A stretch of 64,000 nt of DNA, from contig CAZTCI010000001.1 in the NCBI GenBank assembly GCA_964612665.1, positions 380,896 to 444,895 of the forward strand, in the 5' to 3' direction. How positions within the stretch are numbered: the first letter of the stretch is position 1; every line of letters starts with the position of its first letter. Below are positions 25,807 through 35,877 of this stretch, in pieces. The notes beneath the pieces were generated by a model that worked only from the letters and a program-made list of their open reading frames with translations, had not been told where the DNA came from and searched no databases. This stretch comes from an uncultured Planctomycetales bacterium. Its GTDB lineage: Bacteria; Omnitrophota; Gorgyraeia; Zapsychrales; JAHFFX01. A program made the position numbers and the translations under genes.

Positions 25807-28716
25807 TTATAACGCCAATGGTTGCTTCCACGCGCTTTTTAAATCATCAATATACGCATTTACGTAAATTTTCTTATCAATTCCATAAATAACAAATTCC
25901 GACGAGGATTCAACCCGCCCGATTTGTCCAAAGGCAATTCCTTTTAATGTACTTTCAAATTCTTTCTGATGCGCCGGATCGACTTCAATGACAAACCGCG
26001 AGTTCGATTCTGAAAACAAAATAGCATCACTGCGGCCTTTTCCTTTAAAAGGAACTTTGTCTAAACGAACGGTCGCGCCTAATCCACCGGCAAAAGCCAT
26101 TTCCGCTAGCGTCACGCCGAGTCCGCCTTCCGAACAATCATGAATCGCACGCGCCAACCCTCGATCGACAATTTGGCTGACGGCCTGAAAGATTTTCTTG
26201 CCGCGGTTTGTATCAACCGTCGGAACCATTTGGCCTAACAAACCATACGTGTCCAAGTAAATCGACCCGCCCAGTTCTTCTCGCGTTTCCCCGATGACAT
26301 AAATAAAATTCTTCGGTTTTTTAAAATCCATGGAGACAACTTTACTCGCATCATCCAAAATTCCGATCGCTGAAATCAAAAGCGTGCCAGGGATCGCGAG
26401 TGATTTTCCATGTTCGGTATATTCATTATATAAACTGTCTTTTCCTGAAATAAACGGCACACCATACCCGATGGCAATTTTATAACACGCTTCCGCCGCG
26501 CGAACTAAACTTCCCAAACGGTCGGGTTTATCCGGGTTTCCCCAACAAAAATTATCCAGGATCGCAATGCGATCGAGCTTTCCTCCGACGGCAATAATCT
26601 GGCGAATCGCTTCATCAATGACCGAGGCCGCCATCCAATAAGGGTCGATCATCCCAAAACGGACATTGATTCCATTCGAAACCGCGATTGCTTTCAGGGA
26701 ATTTAACTTCGGCCGCAAGACCGCCGCATCCGACGGGCCTTCACAGTGAACGCCCACCAAAGGTTTCAAGACACTCGCGCCCTGAACTTCATGATCATAC
26801 TGGCGGATGACCCATTCTTTAGAACAAACATTATAATGACCTAACACCTCTAACAATTTCTTGGTTAACTCCGTCGGGGCGATCCATTTTTCTTTTTTTA
26901 ATTTTGGTGCTGTAAAAATGGCTTCTTTCGTGATCTGTGGAATCCCGCCGTGTAAAAACGCCATCGACAAATCCGAAACCTGAACGCCATTGTAAAAAAT
27001 TTCAAGCTGTTTTGTATCTGTAAATTGCCCAATGACGCTCGCTTCAACGCCTTCGTCGGCAAAAATTTTAGAAAGCTTGGCGATATTTTCTGGTGGGACG
27101 GCTAACACCATACGTTCCTGGGATTCTGAAATCCAAATCTCATGATATTTTAAGCCTTGATACTTAAGCGGAACTTTTTCCAACTCAACGCGACATCCGA
27201 GATGTTCGCCCATTTCTCCGACGGCGCTGGACAATCCACCCGCACCGCAATCCGTAATCGCCGAAAAAAGATTCTGATCACGCGCTTGCAGGAGAACATC
27301 CATTAATTTCTTTTCCTGAATGGGATTACCAATCTGCACCGCGCCGGATGAAATGACTTCGGAATCCTGGGTCAATTCTCCGGAAGAAAATGTCGCGCCG
27401 TGAATTCCGTCGCGTCCAGTACGTCCGCCAGCCACAACAACTAAATCACCCGTGCGCGCTTTTTTGTGCACGCGGTTGTTTGGAATCATGCCGACGTTGC
27501 CGCAAAAAACAAGCGGATTGCCAACAAACCGCCGGTCAAAAAGAATCGCGCCGTTGACCGTCGGGATTCCCATTTTATTTCCATAATCACGAACGCCGGC
27601 CACAACACCTTTCATGACGCGTTTGGGATGAAGCGTTCCGACGGGTAATTCTTTAAACGTCATTTCCGGCGGAGCAAAGCAAAAGACATCGGTGTTGCAC
27701 AAAGGCTTCGCACCTAAACCTGTTCCCAAGGAATCGCGGATAACGCCGCCGACGCCGGTATTAGCGCCGCCGAAAGGTTCTAAAGCTGAAGGATGATTAT
27801 GTGTTTCAACTTTAAAGGTGACATTGTCCTCGTCGTCAAACTCAATCACCCCGGCGTTATCGTAAAAAACTGAGACGCACCAGGGTTTGTCGATTTTTTG
27901 GGTGGCTTTGACGATTGTAGATTTTAAAAGATTTTTAATCAGACGCGTTTTTGTTTTGCCGCCGATTTTTTCTTGATAGCGGATGTTCCCGCGGAAAGTT
28001 TTGTGATGACAATGTTCGCTCCAGGTCTGGGCGATTGTTTCGAGTTCGCAGTCCGTCGGGTCGCGTTGGATTTGGCGGAAATGATTTTGAATGGTTTTCA
28101 TTTCGTTGAGATTCAAGAAAAGCTGGTCTTTTTGGCTAAGCTCTTGGAGCTCTCGATCGGAAGCTTCACGCAGTCTAACTAAAACAAGATCAAATTTATT
28201 GGAGGAAATGTTTGAAGGTGTCGAGGAGGTGACAGGCTTCATTTCCGACGAGACGACATGCTGGATCAATTTGTTGGCCAGAACACGGTTAACAATCGTT
28301 TCAAGCTCACGGTCAGAAACGCGGCCGTAGATAAAATATTTTTTCGCGGTACGAACCGCGCGCACTGATTGAATGCCGAGATCACGAATGCCTTTTAAAG
28401 TTGATTCTTCAACCGGATCCATGACGCCCGGGTTGTAAGCGATTTCAACGGTTTTTAAAGTCTTGGAAAAATTTTTCTGTTTGGCTAGGGTATCGGCTTT
28501 CCCACAAGTGTACACTTGAACAATTGGATCAACTAACAGTTCACGGCCGATTAAGTCTACCTGTTCAGCGGATAAATCCCCGTCGATAAGATAAACCGAC
28601 GTGACCTTGACTTCTTTAACTGAATCAATGCCAAGGTCAAGAATATCCTTGCGAACACTTTCGCCCGCAGCGTCAAAAATACCTTCTCTGTCTTTAACCT
28701 CAATCCGCCAGATCAT
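25807..28716 (-). CDS. purL: phosphoribosylformylglycinamidine synthase II with N-terminal duplicated PurS-like domains (PurS-PurS-PurL fusion)
   Basis: 969 aa; PurL AIRS/AIRS_C repeats, N-terminal ~220 aa with two PurS-like segments. Confidence 0.85.
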   Translation of the reverse strand: MIWRIEVKDREGIFDAAGESVRKDILDLGIDSVKEVKVTSVYLIDGDLSAEQVDLIGRELLVDPIVQVYTCGKADTLAKQKNFSKTLKTVEIAYNPGVMDPVEESTLKGIRDLGIQSVRAVRTAKKYFIYGRVSDRELETIVNRVLANKLIQHVVSSEMKPVTSSTPSNISSNKFDLVLVRLREASDRELQELSQKDQLFLNLNEMKTIQNHFRQIQRDPTDCELETIAQTWSEHCHHKTFRGNIRYQEKIGGKTKTRLIKNLLKSTIVKATQKIDKPWCVSVFYDNAGVIEFDDEDNVTFKVETHNHPSALEPFGGANTGVGGVIRDSLGTGLGAKPLCNTDVFCFAPPEMTFKELPVGTLHPKRVMKGVVAGVRDYGNKMGIPTVNGAILFDRRFVGNPLVFCGNVGMIPNNRVHKKARTGDLVVVAGGRTGRDGIHGATFSSGELTQDSEVISSGAVQIGNPIQEKKLMDVLLQARDQNLFSAITDCGAGGLSSAVGEMGEHLGCRVELEKVPLKYQGLKYHEIWISESQERMVLAVPPENIAKLSKIFADEGVEASVIGQFTDTKQLEIFYNGVQVSDLSMAFLHGGIPQITKEAIFTAPKLKKEKWIAPTELTKKLLEVLGHYNVCSKEWVIRQYDHEVQGASVLKPLVGVHCEGPSDAAVLRPKLNSLKAIAVSNGINVRFGMIDPYWMAASVIDEAIRQIIAVGGKLDRIAILDNFCWGNPDKPDRLGSLVRAAEACYKIAIGYGVPFISGKDSLYNEYTEHGKSLAIPGTLLISAIGILDDASKVVSMDFKKPKNFIYVIGETREELGGSIYLDTYGLLGQMVPTVDTNRGKKIFQAVSQIVDRGLARAIHDCSEGGLGVTLAEMAFAGGLGATVRLDKVPFKGKGRSDAILFSESNSRFVIEVDPAHQKEFESTLKGIAFGQIGRVESSSEFVIYGIDKKIYVNAYIDDLKSAWKQPLAL

Positions 28717-28867
28717 TTAATTGTGCCTAAAAATAATAACGGGCGTATTTATCATACGCCCTGTTTTTAAACCTGAAAATCATCTTATTCAAAACAACCA
28801 GGAATCCTTATGCGAAGGCGTTGTGCTGTATTTCTTGCGTCGACACTACAAAATGCATTAACAAACA

Positions 28868-29512
28868 CTATTGAACAATGCCCGCCGGGGAATTCGTATC
28901 TTCTTTTGCCTTATCCGTATCGCTCCATTGTACATCGTCGGGCGGGACAAATTTATCTTCTGGGATTTTAACATCGGTCTGAACATTATTGGCGATTTGT
29001 GTTATTTCGGTGCCGCCCTTCGTTTTTACCGTCATCTTTAAAGGAAGCGATCTCCAGACCCAAACTTTACCTTCGCCCACCTTCGATTCAAATATATCGC
29101 ACAATTTACCGTTAACCTTATCTGTTCCCAATTTTGTAAATTGCTTCGACCATTCTTTCTCGTCCGAAAAATTGGCTATGTCGTTTTCATCGCTTATAGG
29201 TTTCTTCATCCCCACATGCCGGTCCAAATCAACCATGTAAAATTCTTTATCGCTTTTTAAAAGTAATTTATTGGTCCAATTGTTTTTTTCACCGCTTTTC
29301 ATCTCGGTTTTAGAATAAGTCGCTTCGCGCTTGCCCCATTGATCGAAATAAGTTGTTATATTTATTTCTTCCGGAGGTTGGTTGACGGCATTGAAAGTCA
29401 TCTTATATTCAATGACACCGGATTCGAATTGATAACGATTATCTTGCGCATAAACGTTTCTGTTTGAAACCAGACAAACGATTGCAATAAAAAAAATTAA
29501 ATATTTCTGCAT
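28868..29512 (-). CDS. secreted hypothetical protein
   Basis: 214 aa; signal peptide (MQKYLIFFIAIVCLVSNRNVYA); embedded in pur operon. Confidence 0.5.
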   Translation of the reverse strand: MQKYLIFFIAIVCLVSNRNVYAQDNRYQFESGVIEYKMTFNAVNQPPEEINITTYFDQWGKREATYSKTEMKSGEKNNWTNKLLLKSDKEFYMVDLDRHVGMKKPISDENDIANFSDEKEWSKQFTKLGTDKVNGKLCDIFESKVGEGKVWVWRSLPLKMTVKTKGGTEITQIANNVQTDVKIPEDKFVPPDDVQWSDTDKAKEDTNSPAGIVQ

Positions 29513-29524
29513 GTTAGTTCAAGC

Positions 29525-30229
29525 TTACCGATTCACCCGGCTCAACACTTCTTGATAAGCCTCTTCAATATGCCCTAGATCCCGACGGAAACGGTCTTTG
29601 TCCATTCGCTCGCCAGTGCCGACTTCCCACAAACGACAGGTGTCTGGGGAAATTTCATCAGCTAGCACAATTTTATCTTTGAGTTTGCCAAATTCGATTT
29701 TGAAATCGATCAAATCCAAGTGGAGCATCAAAAAATATTCGGTAAGAAACGTATTGATTTTTAACGTATAACTGCGGATGGCGTCCATGTCTTCATCGGT
29801 CGCGAAACCTAATGCCCGGATATGCGTTTCGTTGACCAGAGGATCATTCATGGCATCATCTTTAAAACAAAATTCAATGATAGGGCACGTAAGCCTACGA
29901 CCTTCTTCCACTTTAAAGACCCGGCATAAAGAACCCGCCGCCACGTTGCGGACAATCACCTCAAGCGGAAACATCTGCACCTTTTTAACCAACACTTCGC
30001 ATTCACCAAGAACCCGCACGAAGTGTGTCGGAATGCCTTTTGTTTCCAAGTATTGAAAAACTTTCGCCGAGATCTGATTGTTGATCATCCCTTTATGCTG
30101 GATGACCCCGCGCTTGGCAGCGTTAAAACAAGTTGTTTCGTCTTTGAAATATTGGATGAGAAAATCAGGAGAATCGGTTGCGTAGACAATCTTGGCCTTA
30201 CCCTCATAAATCTTTTGGGTTTTTTCCAT
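29525..30229 (-). CDS. purC: phosphoribosylaminoimidazole-succinocarboxamide synthase
   Basis: SAICAR synthetase; likely start MEKTQKIYEGKAKIVY. Confidence 0.92.
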   Translation of the reverse strand: MEKTQKIYEGKAKIVYATDSPDFLIQYFKDETTCFNAAKRGVIQHKGMINNQISAKVFQYLETKGIPTHFVRVLGECEVLVKKVQMFPLEVIVRNVAAGSLCRVFKVEEGRRLTCPIIEFCFKDDAMNDPLVNETHIRALGFATDEDMDAIRSYTLKINTFLTEYFLMLHLDLIDFKIEFGKLKDKIVLADEISPDTCRLWEVGTGERMDKDRFRRDLGHIEEAYQEVLSRVNR

Positions 30230-30292
30230 AAGGTTTAGAACCCCGGATAAGCACACTCCGCCAGTGTTCCTCCGACGGACGTGAAGACCTTT

Positions 30293-31585
30293 TTAAAGCC
30301 CTAATTTTTTAAATATTCTATCGCGATATCTTGTGTAATATTTGATGTCAAAACACGCGTCGATCTCGCTGGTCTTTAAATATTTTCGAACCTTTCTGTC
30401 ACGGTTGAGAACATCGCGGAAGTCGGAGGTTTCCTGCCAGACTTGCATCGCACAATGTTGAATAATCGCATACGCTTCTTCACGCGTTAACCCTTTTTTC
30501 ATAAGCTCAAGTAAAACGCGCTGTGAATAAATCAATCCGCGGGTCTTGGCAATACTGGCGATCATGTTCTTAGGATACACCAAAAGCCCGTCGAGAAGCG
30601 GAATAAATTTATTTAACATATAATTCAAAATAATCGTGCTGTCGGGCAAAATCACGCGTTCCGCCGACGAATGACTGATGTCACGTTCATGCCAGAGGCT
30701 TATATTTTCCAAAGCGACCTGGGCATTCGCCCGCAAAACGCGTGATAATCCTGAAACTCTTTCGCAGGTAATCGGATTGCGCTTGTGCGGCATGGCGGAG
30801 GAACCTATTTGACCTTTAAAAAATGGTTCTTCAGCTTCCAAGACTTCGGTTTTTTGTAAAAGCCGGATTTCGGTGGCAAATTTATTTAAGGAAGATCCAA
30901 TCAAAGCGACTGTCGCGATGAATTGGCAGTGATGATCACGTTGGATAATTTGAGTGGCAACATTGGCAGGTTTTAAATTCAATTTTTCGCACACGTATTC
31001 CTCGACGTGTGGATCGATATTGGCATAGGTGCCTACGGCGCCGGATAATTTTCCAACACGGATATTTTCGCGTGCCTGCTCCATACGCTCTAAATTACGT
31101 TTGGTTTCATCGTACCAGACCGCGAGCTTCAAACCAAAGGTCGTAGGTTCAGCATGAACACCATGAGTTCGCGCGATGCAGACCGTGTCTTTATATTTTT
31201 TCGCTTTAATTTTTAAGACGTTTAAAAGTTTTTTTAAATCCGCGATAATAATATCACTCGCCTCGACGCACTGAATTGATAAAGCGGTATCCAAAAGATC
31301 AGAAGACGTCAAGCCCATATGGAGATAACGGGATTCTGGCCCTAAGTTCTCGCCCACATTTACAATAAAGGCAACAACATCATGTTTGGTTTTTTCTTCG
31401 ATTCTTTTGACTTCATCAATGTCGAACTTGGCGTTCTTACGGATTTTTTCCATGGCAGGCTTGGGGATAATCCCAAGTTTGGTCATTGCTTCACAGGCGA
31501 GAATTTCAATTTGCAGCATAATTTCCATCTTATGCTTTTCGGACCACACATTACCCATCTTCGAGAGCGTGTAACGATCAATCAT
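30293..31585 (-). CDS. purB: adenylosuccinate lyase
   Basis: 430 aa; fumarate-lyase signature GSSAMPHKRNP. Confidence 0.95.
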   Translation of the reverse strand: MIDRYTLSKMGNVWSEKHKMEIMLQIEILACEAMTKLGIIPKPAMEKIRKNAKFDIDEVKRIEEKTKHDVVAFIVNVGENLGPESRYLHMGLTSSDLLDTALSIQCVEASDIIIADLKKLLNVLKIKAKKYKDTVCIARTHGVHAEPTTFGLKLAVWYDETKRNLERMEQARENIRVGKLSGAVGTYANIDPHVEEYVCEKLNLKPANVATQIIQRDHHCQFIATVALIGSSLNKFATEIRLLQKTEVLEAEEPFFKGQIGSSAMPHKRNPITCERVSGLSRVLRANAQVALENISLWHERDISHSSAERVILPDSTIILNYMLNKFIPLLDGLLVYPKNMIASIAKTRGLIYSQRVLLELMKKGLTREEAYAIIQHCAMQVWQETSDFRDVLNRDRKVRKYLKTSEIDACFDIKYYTRYRDRIFKKLGL

Positions 31586-31872
31586 GCTTTAACTCCTTTG
31601 AAACATCCTTGTCGGTACCTCTATATTTATATAAGAAGAGGTAAATTTGAATGAGCGCGTGTAATATATCAAAAAAGAAATTCTTAATCAAACAAAAATA
31701 AAAAATATATTAGAATTACAAACTATTTGAATACAATAACTTATGAATATATTATAAAAAGTAATAAGCGCTGCGCTTTTGAATTTACACGAAGGTTTTG
31801 TTCTAAAGACAACTATGCCGACGTTTTACAACCGGCAAGTTTCAAAGTAAGTGACGTTTACAAATTGCAACT

Positions 31873-32562
31873 TTACTTGGAGGGGCCTGGAGGAGAAACA
31901 GCTTTAGCATTAGCATTCGGCATTTTTTCCTGAAAATAGGTCATACTGGCCTTCATGCTATCTTCCATAATCATGGGCATGACCTTAATCAGTTTACGGC
32001 CGGTTGTGCTTCGATAAAACGCTATTAATTCTTTGAGTTCAGTCTCGGTAAAATACTTATCATAGATAGGAACCAGGCGGGAAATGATTTCGTTAATATT
32101 TAGGATAGATTTTAAAGTAGTTTTCTGCTGCTCTGGAGCCTGCAGCATAATTTGATCGAACATGTCTGTCATCGTTTTACGGGTGCCGCTGGCATCAATT
32201 AAGGTGAGAATGAGTTCTTTTTTATCGGCGGTTGCGGATACAGCTGATGTATCAGATGTCGACGGCGTAGGCGTTGTTGAAGAAGTAGTTGTCGGGGTTA
32301 TGGGAGAAACATTTGTTGATTTATCAGTTATGGGTTTAGGCGGAATTGGTGCGGCTTCATTATCTTTCTCAATGTGATCTATTTCATCTAAATAATAGGT
32401 GATTTTAACGCCGCTAATATCAACTTTAATTTGATCGGCTGTTTGTTCAACGACTTTGGCGCGGATCGTTTTGCCATTTTTAAAATAAAGCGTATCGCCG
32501 TAGGCAGCTTGGCTGGCAAAAAGAAACCCAACAATTAAAAAGCCAATGATCTTTCGCGGCAT
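31873..32562 (-). CDS. secreted protein with Thr/Ser/Pro-rich linker and C-terminal DUF2059-like domain
   Basis: 229 aa; signal peptide; low-complexity TPTTTSSTTPTPSTSDTS linker. Confidence 0.45.
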   Translation of the reverse strand: MPRKIIGFLIVGFLFASQAAYGDTLYFKNGKTIRAKVVEQTADQIKVDISGVKITYYLDEIDHIEKDNEAAPIPPKPITDKSTNVSPITPTTTSSTTPTPSTSDTSAVSATADKKELILTLIDASGTRKTMTDMFDQIMLQAPEQQKTTLKSILNINEIISRLVPIYDKYFTETELKELIAFYRSTTGRKLIKVMPMIMEDSMKASMTYFQEKMPNANAKAVSPPGPSK

Positions 32563-32701
32563 GAGAGCTCCTTTAATATTAATGCTAACTTAAACGTCTA
32601 CTAAAATAATGGCTTATTGTAGTGAGTTTATAAAATTGGGTCAAACAAAATGTAAATATAAATTCAATTCTCTATATTAAAAACATAAACTAAAACCTTG
32701 G

Positions 32702-33814
32702 TTGAAGCCAAATACTTTGTGTGATACCATATCGCCCATGATTGCGGACTTGAGAAAACAAATTGACCAAAGCCTCGCGGAATTTTTAGAAAAAACCCGG
32801 CGAGATTACAAACTGCATTTGGTCCATCCTATCCTTTTTGAAAGCATCAAAGATTTTACGCTGCGTGAAGGCAAAAGAATCAGACCTCTCTTACTCATTT
32901 TAAGCTACAAAGGATATTCACCCGCCAATAAACGTCTATCCAAGTCATTTTATAATGCCGCAACCTGCATTGAGTTCCTTCACAATTTCATGTTGATTCA
33001 CGATGATATTATCGACCGTTCTGATCTGCGTCGGGGCAAACCAACCTTGCATCGGCTCTTGGAAAAAACTGTCAAAACCAAAGAACAAGCCAAACTGGGT
33101 TACGATCTAAGTATTATCGCCGGTGATATCGTTTATGCCTTGGCGATTGATGCCTTTTTATCTATCGATGAATCACCGCAGCGCAAAGAAAAGGCGCTTA
33201 AGTATTTTATTCAAACCGCCGCTTTCACCGCTATGGGAGAATTTATTGATATTCTCCACGGTGTTCAACCCATTGAACAGGTCCGTGAAGAAGATGTCTT
33301 TTTGAATTACACGCTTAAAACCGCGCGCTATACCTTCGAATGCCCGCTTGTCGTCGGAGCAATCCTGGCCGGCGTCGATAAAACTGAAATCAAAAATCTT
33401 TCGCAGCTTGGTTTAATGATTGGACAGGCTTTTCAGATTCAAGATGATATTTTAGGAGTGTTTGATTCTGAAAAGAACATTGGCAAGTCTATTCTAAGTG
33501 ATATCGCCGAGTCGAAAAAGACGATTTTAGTGTGCCATGCTTATAATCATTTAAAAGGCGCTAAGCGAAAAGCATTCTTGAAATGTTTTTCAAAACCAGA
33601 AAAAACTTTTCAAGATCTTCTCGCTCTTCGTGAAATCTTTGTCGACAGCGGCAGCTTGGCCTACAGTCTTAAAGCGATTAAAAACCGCCTTAAATTTTCC
33701 GACGAAATCTTAAATAAACTTAAGATGCAGTCACCTTACCGTCAGGTAATTGCCGATTCTCTTTTTCTTTTATTTCAACAAAGTAAAAATATTGGCCAGG
33801 CAAACGGCGTCTAA
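32702..33814 (+). CDS. trans-polyprenyl diphosphate synthase (GGPP/heptaprenyl synthase family)
   Basis: 370 aa; first (LIHDDIIDRSDLRRG) and second (FQIQDDILGV) Asp-rich motifs. Confidence 0.85.
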   Translation: MKPNTLCDTISPMIADLRKQIDQSLAEFLEKTRRDYKLHLVHPILFESIKDFTLREGKRIRPLLLILSYKGYSPANKRLSKSFYNAATCIEFLHNFMLIHDDIIDRSDLRRGKPTLHRLLEKTVKTKEQAKLGYDLSIIAGDIVYALAIDAFLSIDESPQRKEKALKYFIQTAAFTAMGEFIDILHGVQPIEQVREEDVFLNYTLKTARYTFECPLVVGAILAGVDKTEIKNLSQLGLMIGQAFQIQDDILGVFDSEKNIGKSILSDIAESKKTILVCHAYNHLKGAKRKAFLKCFSKPEKTFQDLLALREIFVDSGSLAYSLKAIKNRLKFSDEILNKLKMQSPYRQVIADSLFLLFQQSKNIGQANGV

Positions 33815-35871
33815 GGTTTTAAAAAAGGACTCCCTGTTTCTTTTAATTGTTTGGCCTGCGCAATGAGTTGGCCAAATTGTTTCTCATCGGGATAAAAACG
33901 TAATCCCTCCTGCCAAACCGCAATAGCTTGATCAAAATTCTCCAAATTCCCATAAAACTTTCCCAATTCTACATAAGTGTTTTTAAAATTTGGCGAAACT
34001 TTCAAGGCTTTAGCAAAGGCTTTTTGAGCTAATTCCGTCGCAGTGCTCTGGGCGGACAAACTTCCTAAATCAGTTAAAAGCTGCGGGTCGCGGCTAACCT
34101 TAATAAGCCTTTCACCATATAAAGTTATTTCATCTTTATTTTTATCACTAAAAGCGATTTGGATTAAAAGCCACAAAGATGATTCATCTTCAGGGTCGAG
34201 TTCTAAATTCTTTAAAAGAAAACTGCGCGCGGCTCTGTCGTTGCCGTCGGAGCGGTAAATGTTCACTAAGTTAAGAGCCGGTTCGCGCAAAAAAGGATTC
34301 AGCGTCAAAGATTTTAAGAAGGCGATCTTAGCACCGCCGGAATCCTGCTTTCTTAAATAAGCCACCCCCAAATCATCATAAGCCAGCGCAGAATTAGGAT
34401 TATAAACCAAAGCTTTTTTAAAATTGTCAACGGCAGAATCCAAATTGTTATTCCCCAAATCAATAAGCCCTAGATTAATGTAGGTCTGGTAGTCAGTGAA
34501 TTGGTTTTCTAACGATTCTCGGAACAATTTTTGAGCTTCTTGCCAGTTTCCTTCGTCGAGATAAGCGCTGGCCAGATGAAATTTAAGCGACCGGTATTCA
34601 GGGTTAATGCCGATCCAGTATTGACAATATGTCTTCTCATTTTTCCAAAGCCCATTATATGTCCGCGACATTATGATAAGCGTAACGACCAACAAACTAA
34701 CCACGCCATACCAAACCCCGATATTAATTTTATTCTTAAGCTCAATTAAAAAAAGCGCCGTTAATAAAAATAGCCCGATCGATCCAAAAATAACCCAATG
34801 CGGTTCCATCATAAATCCGACGTGTTTTTGAAAGAAAGTGGCCAGCGAAACCGGCGCCAAGCCTAAACTAAACCATACCAAGGCCAGCACAAAATTTTGA
34901 CGTGATCGGTAAAAATAAATAAAAAGCACCGCCCCAAAGATTAAAGCTGCCCCCAACATCAACCATAAAAGTGTGTCTTTCACTAACGGCGTGATCCATA
35001 TGAAAACAATGCCTTTAAAGAGAAAGAATTTTTGCAGATACCAAAAAATAAGTTTAAAGAAAGTAGCCAGGTAATTGACAAGAGCGAAATCTCCCGTCGT
35101 AGCTTTATCCACAATACTCGTTTTAAGACTGGCTGTATGCCAACGAAAGACAAGATAACCGGCCAACACAATAAAATAAGGAACGCTTAATTTTAAAATC
35201 CTTTTAAAATCATAGCGCTTAATCAAAAACAATCCAGCCATCACATACACCGGCAATATAAGCGCGGTTTCATGACACAAAAAACTAGCGGCGTAAAATA
35301 ATAGGCTCAAAGAATAATAAACCAGTTTCATTTTTTTCCCCTGAGCCAGCCAGAAGAATGTAAAACTCAAAAGCATCGCCGCCACCTGCAATGCAAAAAC
35401 AAACGCTGTAATGTAATTAACAATTATTCCGTTAATCGGGTGGACGCAAAAAAGGACAGCCGTTAATAAAGCAGCATTCTCATCTTTTAAAATCAAATTC
35501 AATAAAAAATAAAGCAGCCAAGCGCAAAAAAAGAATAGAAAAAGATTCAAACAGTGATACCCGACGGGCGAATCTCTAAAAAATAAGTAGAAAACCATAA
35601 TCAGGCTATGCTGCAAAGGACGGTAGTAAACATCTGACTTGGCGTTTTCTATGGCAAAGTTTTTTCGGAAATCTGGGATGAATTGAAAATAGAGATGATT
35701 GATGTTGCGGATTCTTTCGTCTTGGAGTAAAAGGCTTCGGTCATCGATCATGAAATCATTTCTTAGACTATTGCTAAATGTAACGAGACATAAAATAAAC
35801 AAAATAACCGCTGTAATTAGACGCTTATGTTTTTGCCAAAAATTAGATTGCGTTATATTCAAATTAGCCAA
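33811..35871 (-). CDS. polytopic membrane protein with C-terminal TPR repeats (PMT/TMTC-like GT-C candidate)
   Basis: 686 aa; ~11 TM helices N-terminal, >=6 TPR-like repeats C-terminal; 4-nt overlap with convergent polyprenyl synthase gene end. Confidence 0.55.
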   Translation of the reverse strand: MANLNITQSNFWQKHKRLITAVILFILCLVTFSNSLRNDFMIDDRSLLLQDERIRNINHLYFQFIPDFRKNFAIENAKSDVYYRPLQHSLIMVFYLFFRDSPVGYHCLNLFLFFFCAWLLYFLLNLILKDENAALLTAVLFCVHPINGIIVNYITAFVFALQVAAMLLSFTFFWLAQGKKMKLVYYSLSLLFYAASFLCHETALILPVYVMAGLFLIKRYDFKRILKLSVPYFIVLAGYLVFRWHTASLKTSIVDKATTGDFALVNYLATFFKLIFWYLQKFFLFKGIVFIWITPLVKDTLLWLMLGAALIFGAVLFIYFYRSRQNFVLALVWFSLGLAPVSLATFFQKHVGFMMEPHWVIFGSIGLFLLTALFLIELKNKINIGVWYGVVSLLVVTLIIMSRTYNGLWKNEKTYCQYWIGINPEYRSLKFHLASAYLDEGNWQEAQKLFRESLENQFTDYQTYINLGLIDLGNNNLDSAVDNFKKALVYNPNSALAYDDLGVAYLRKQDSGGAKIAFLKSLTLNPFLREPALNLVNIYRSDGNDRAARSFLLKNLELDPEDESSLWLLIQIAFSDKNKDEITLYGERLIKVSRDPQLLTDLGSLSAQSTATELAQKAFAKALKVSPNFKNTYVELGKFYGNLENFDQAIAVWQEGLRFYPDEKQFGQLIAQAKQLKETGSPFLKP

Positions 35872-35877
35872 GCTCCC

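Noticed and set aside
31586-31872. Purine riboswitch or PurR box upstream of purB (start of the long pur operon)
   Set aside because: The AT-rich 290-nt leader shows no recognisable purine aptamer core (conserved U-rich junctions and P2/P3 kissing loops) nor a Gram-positive PurBox on either strand. Only a plain promoter-like region is present.
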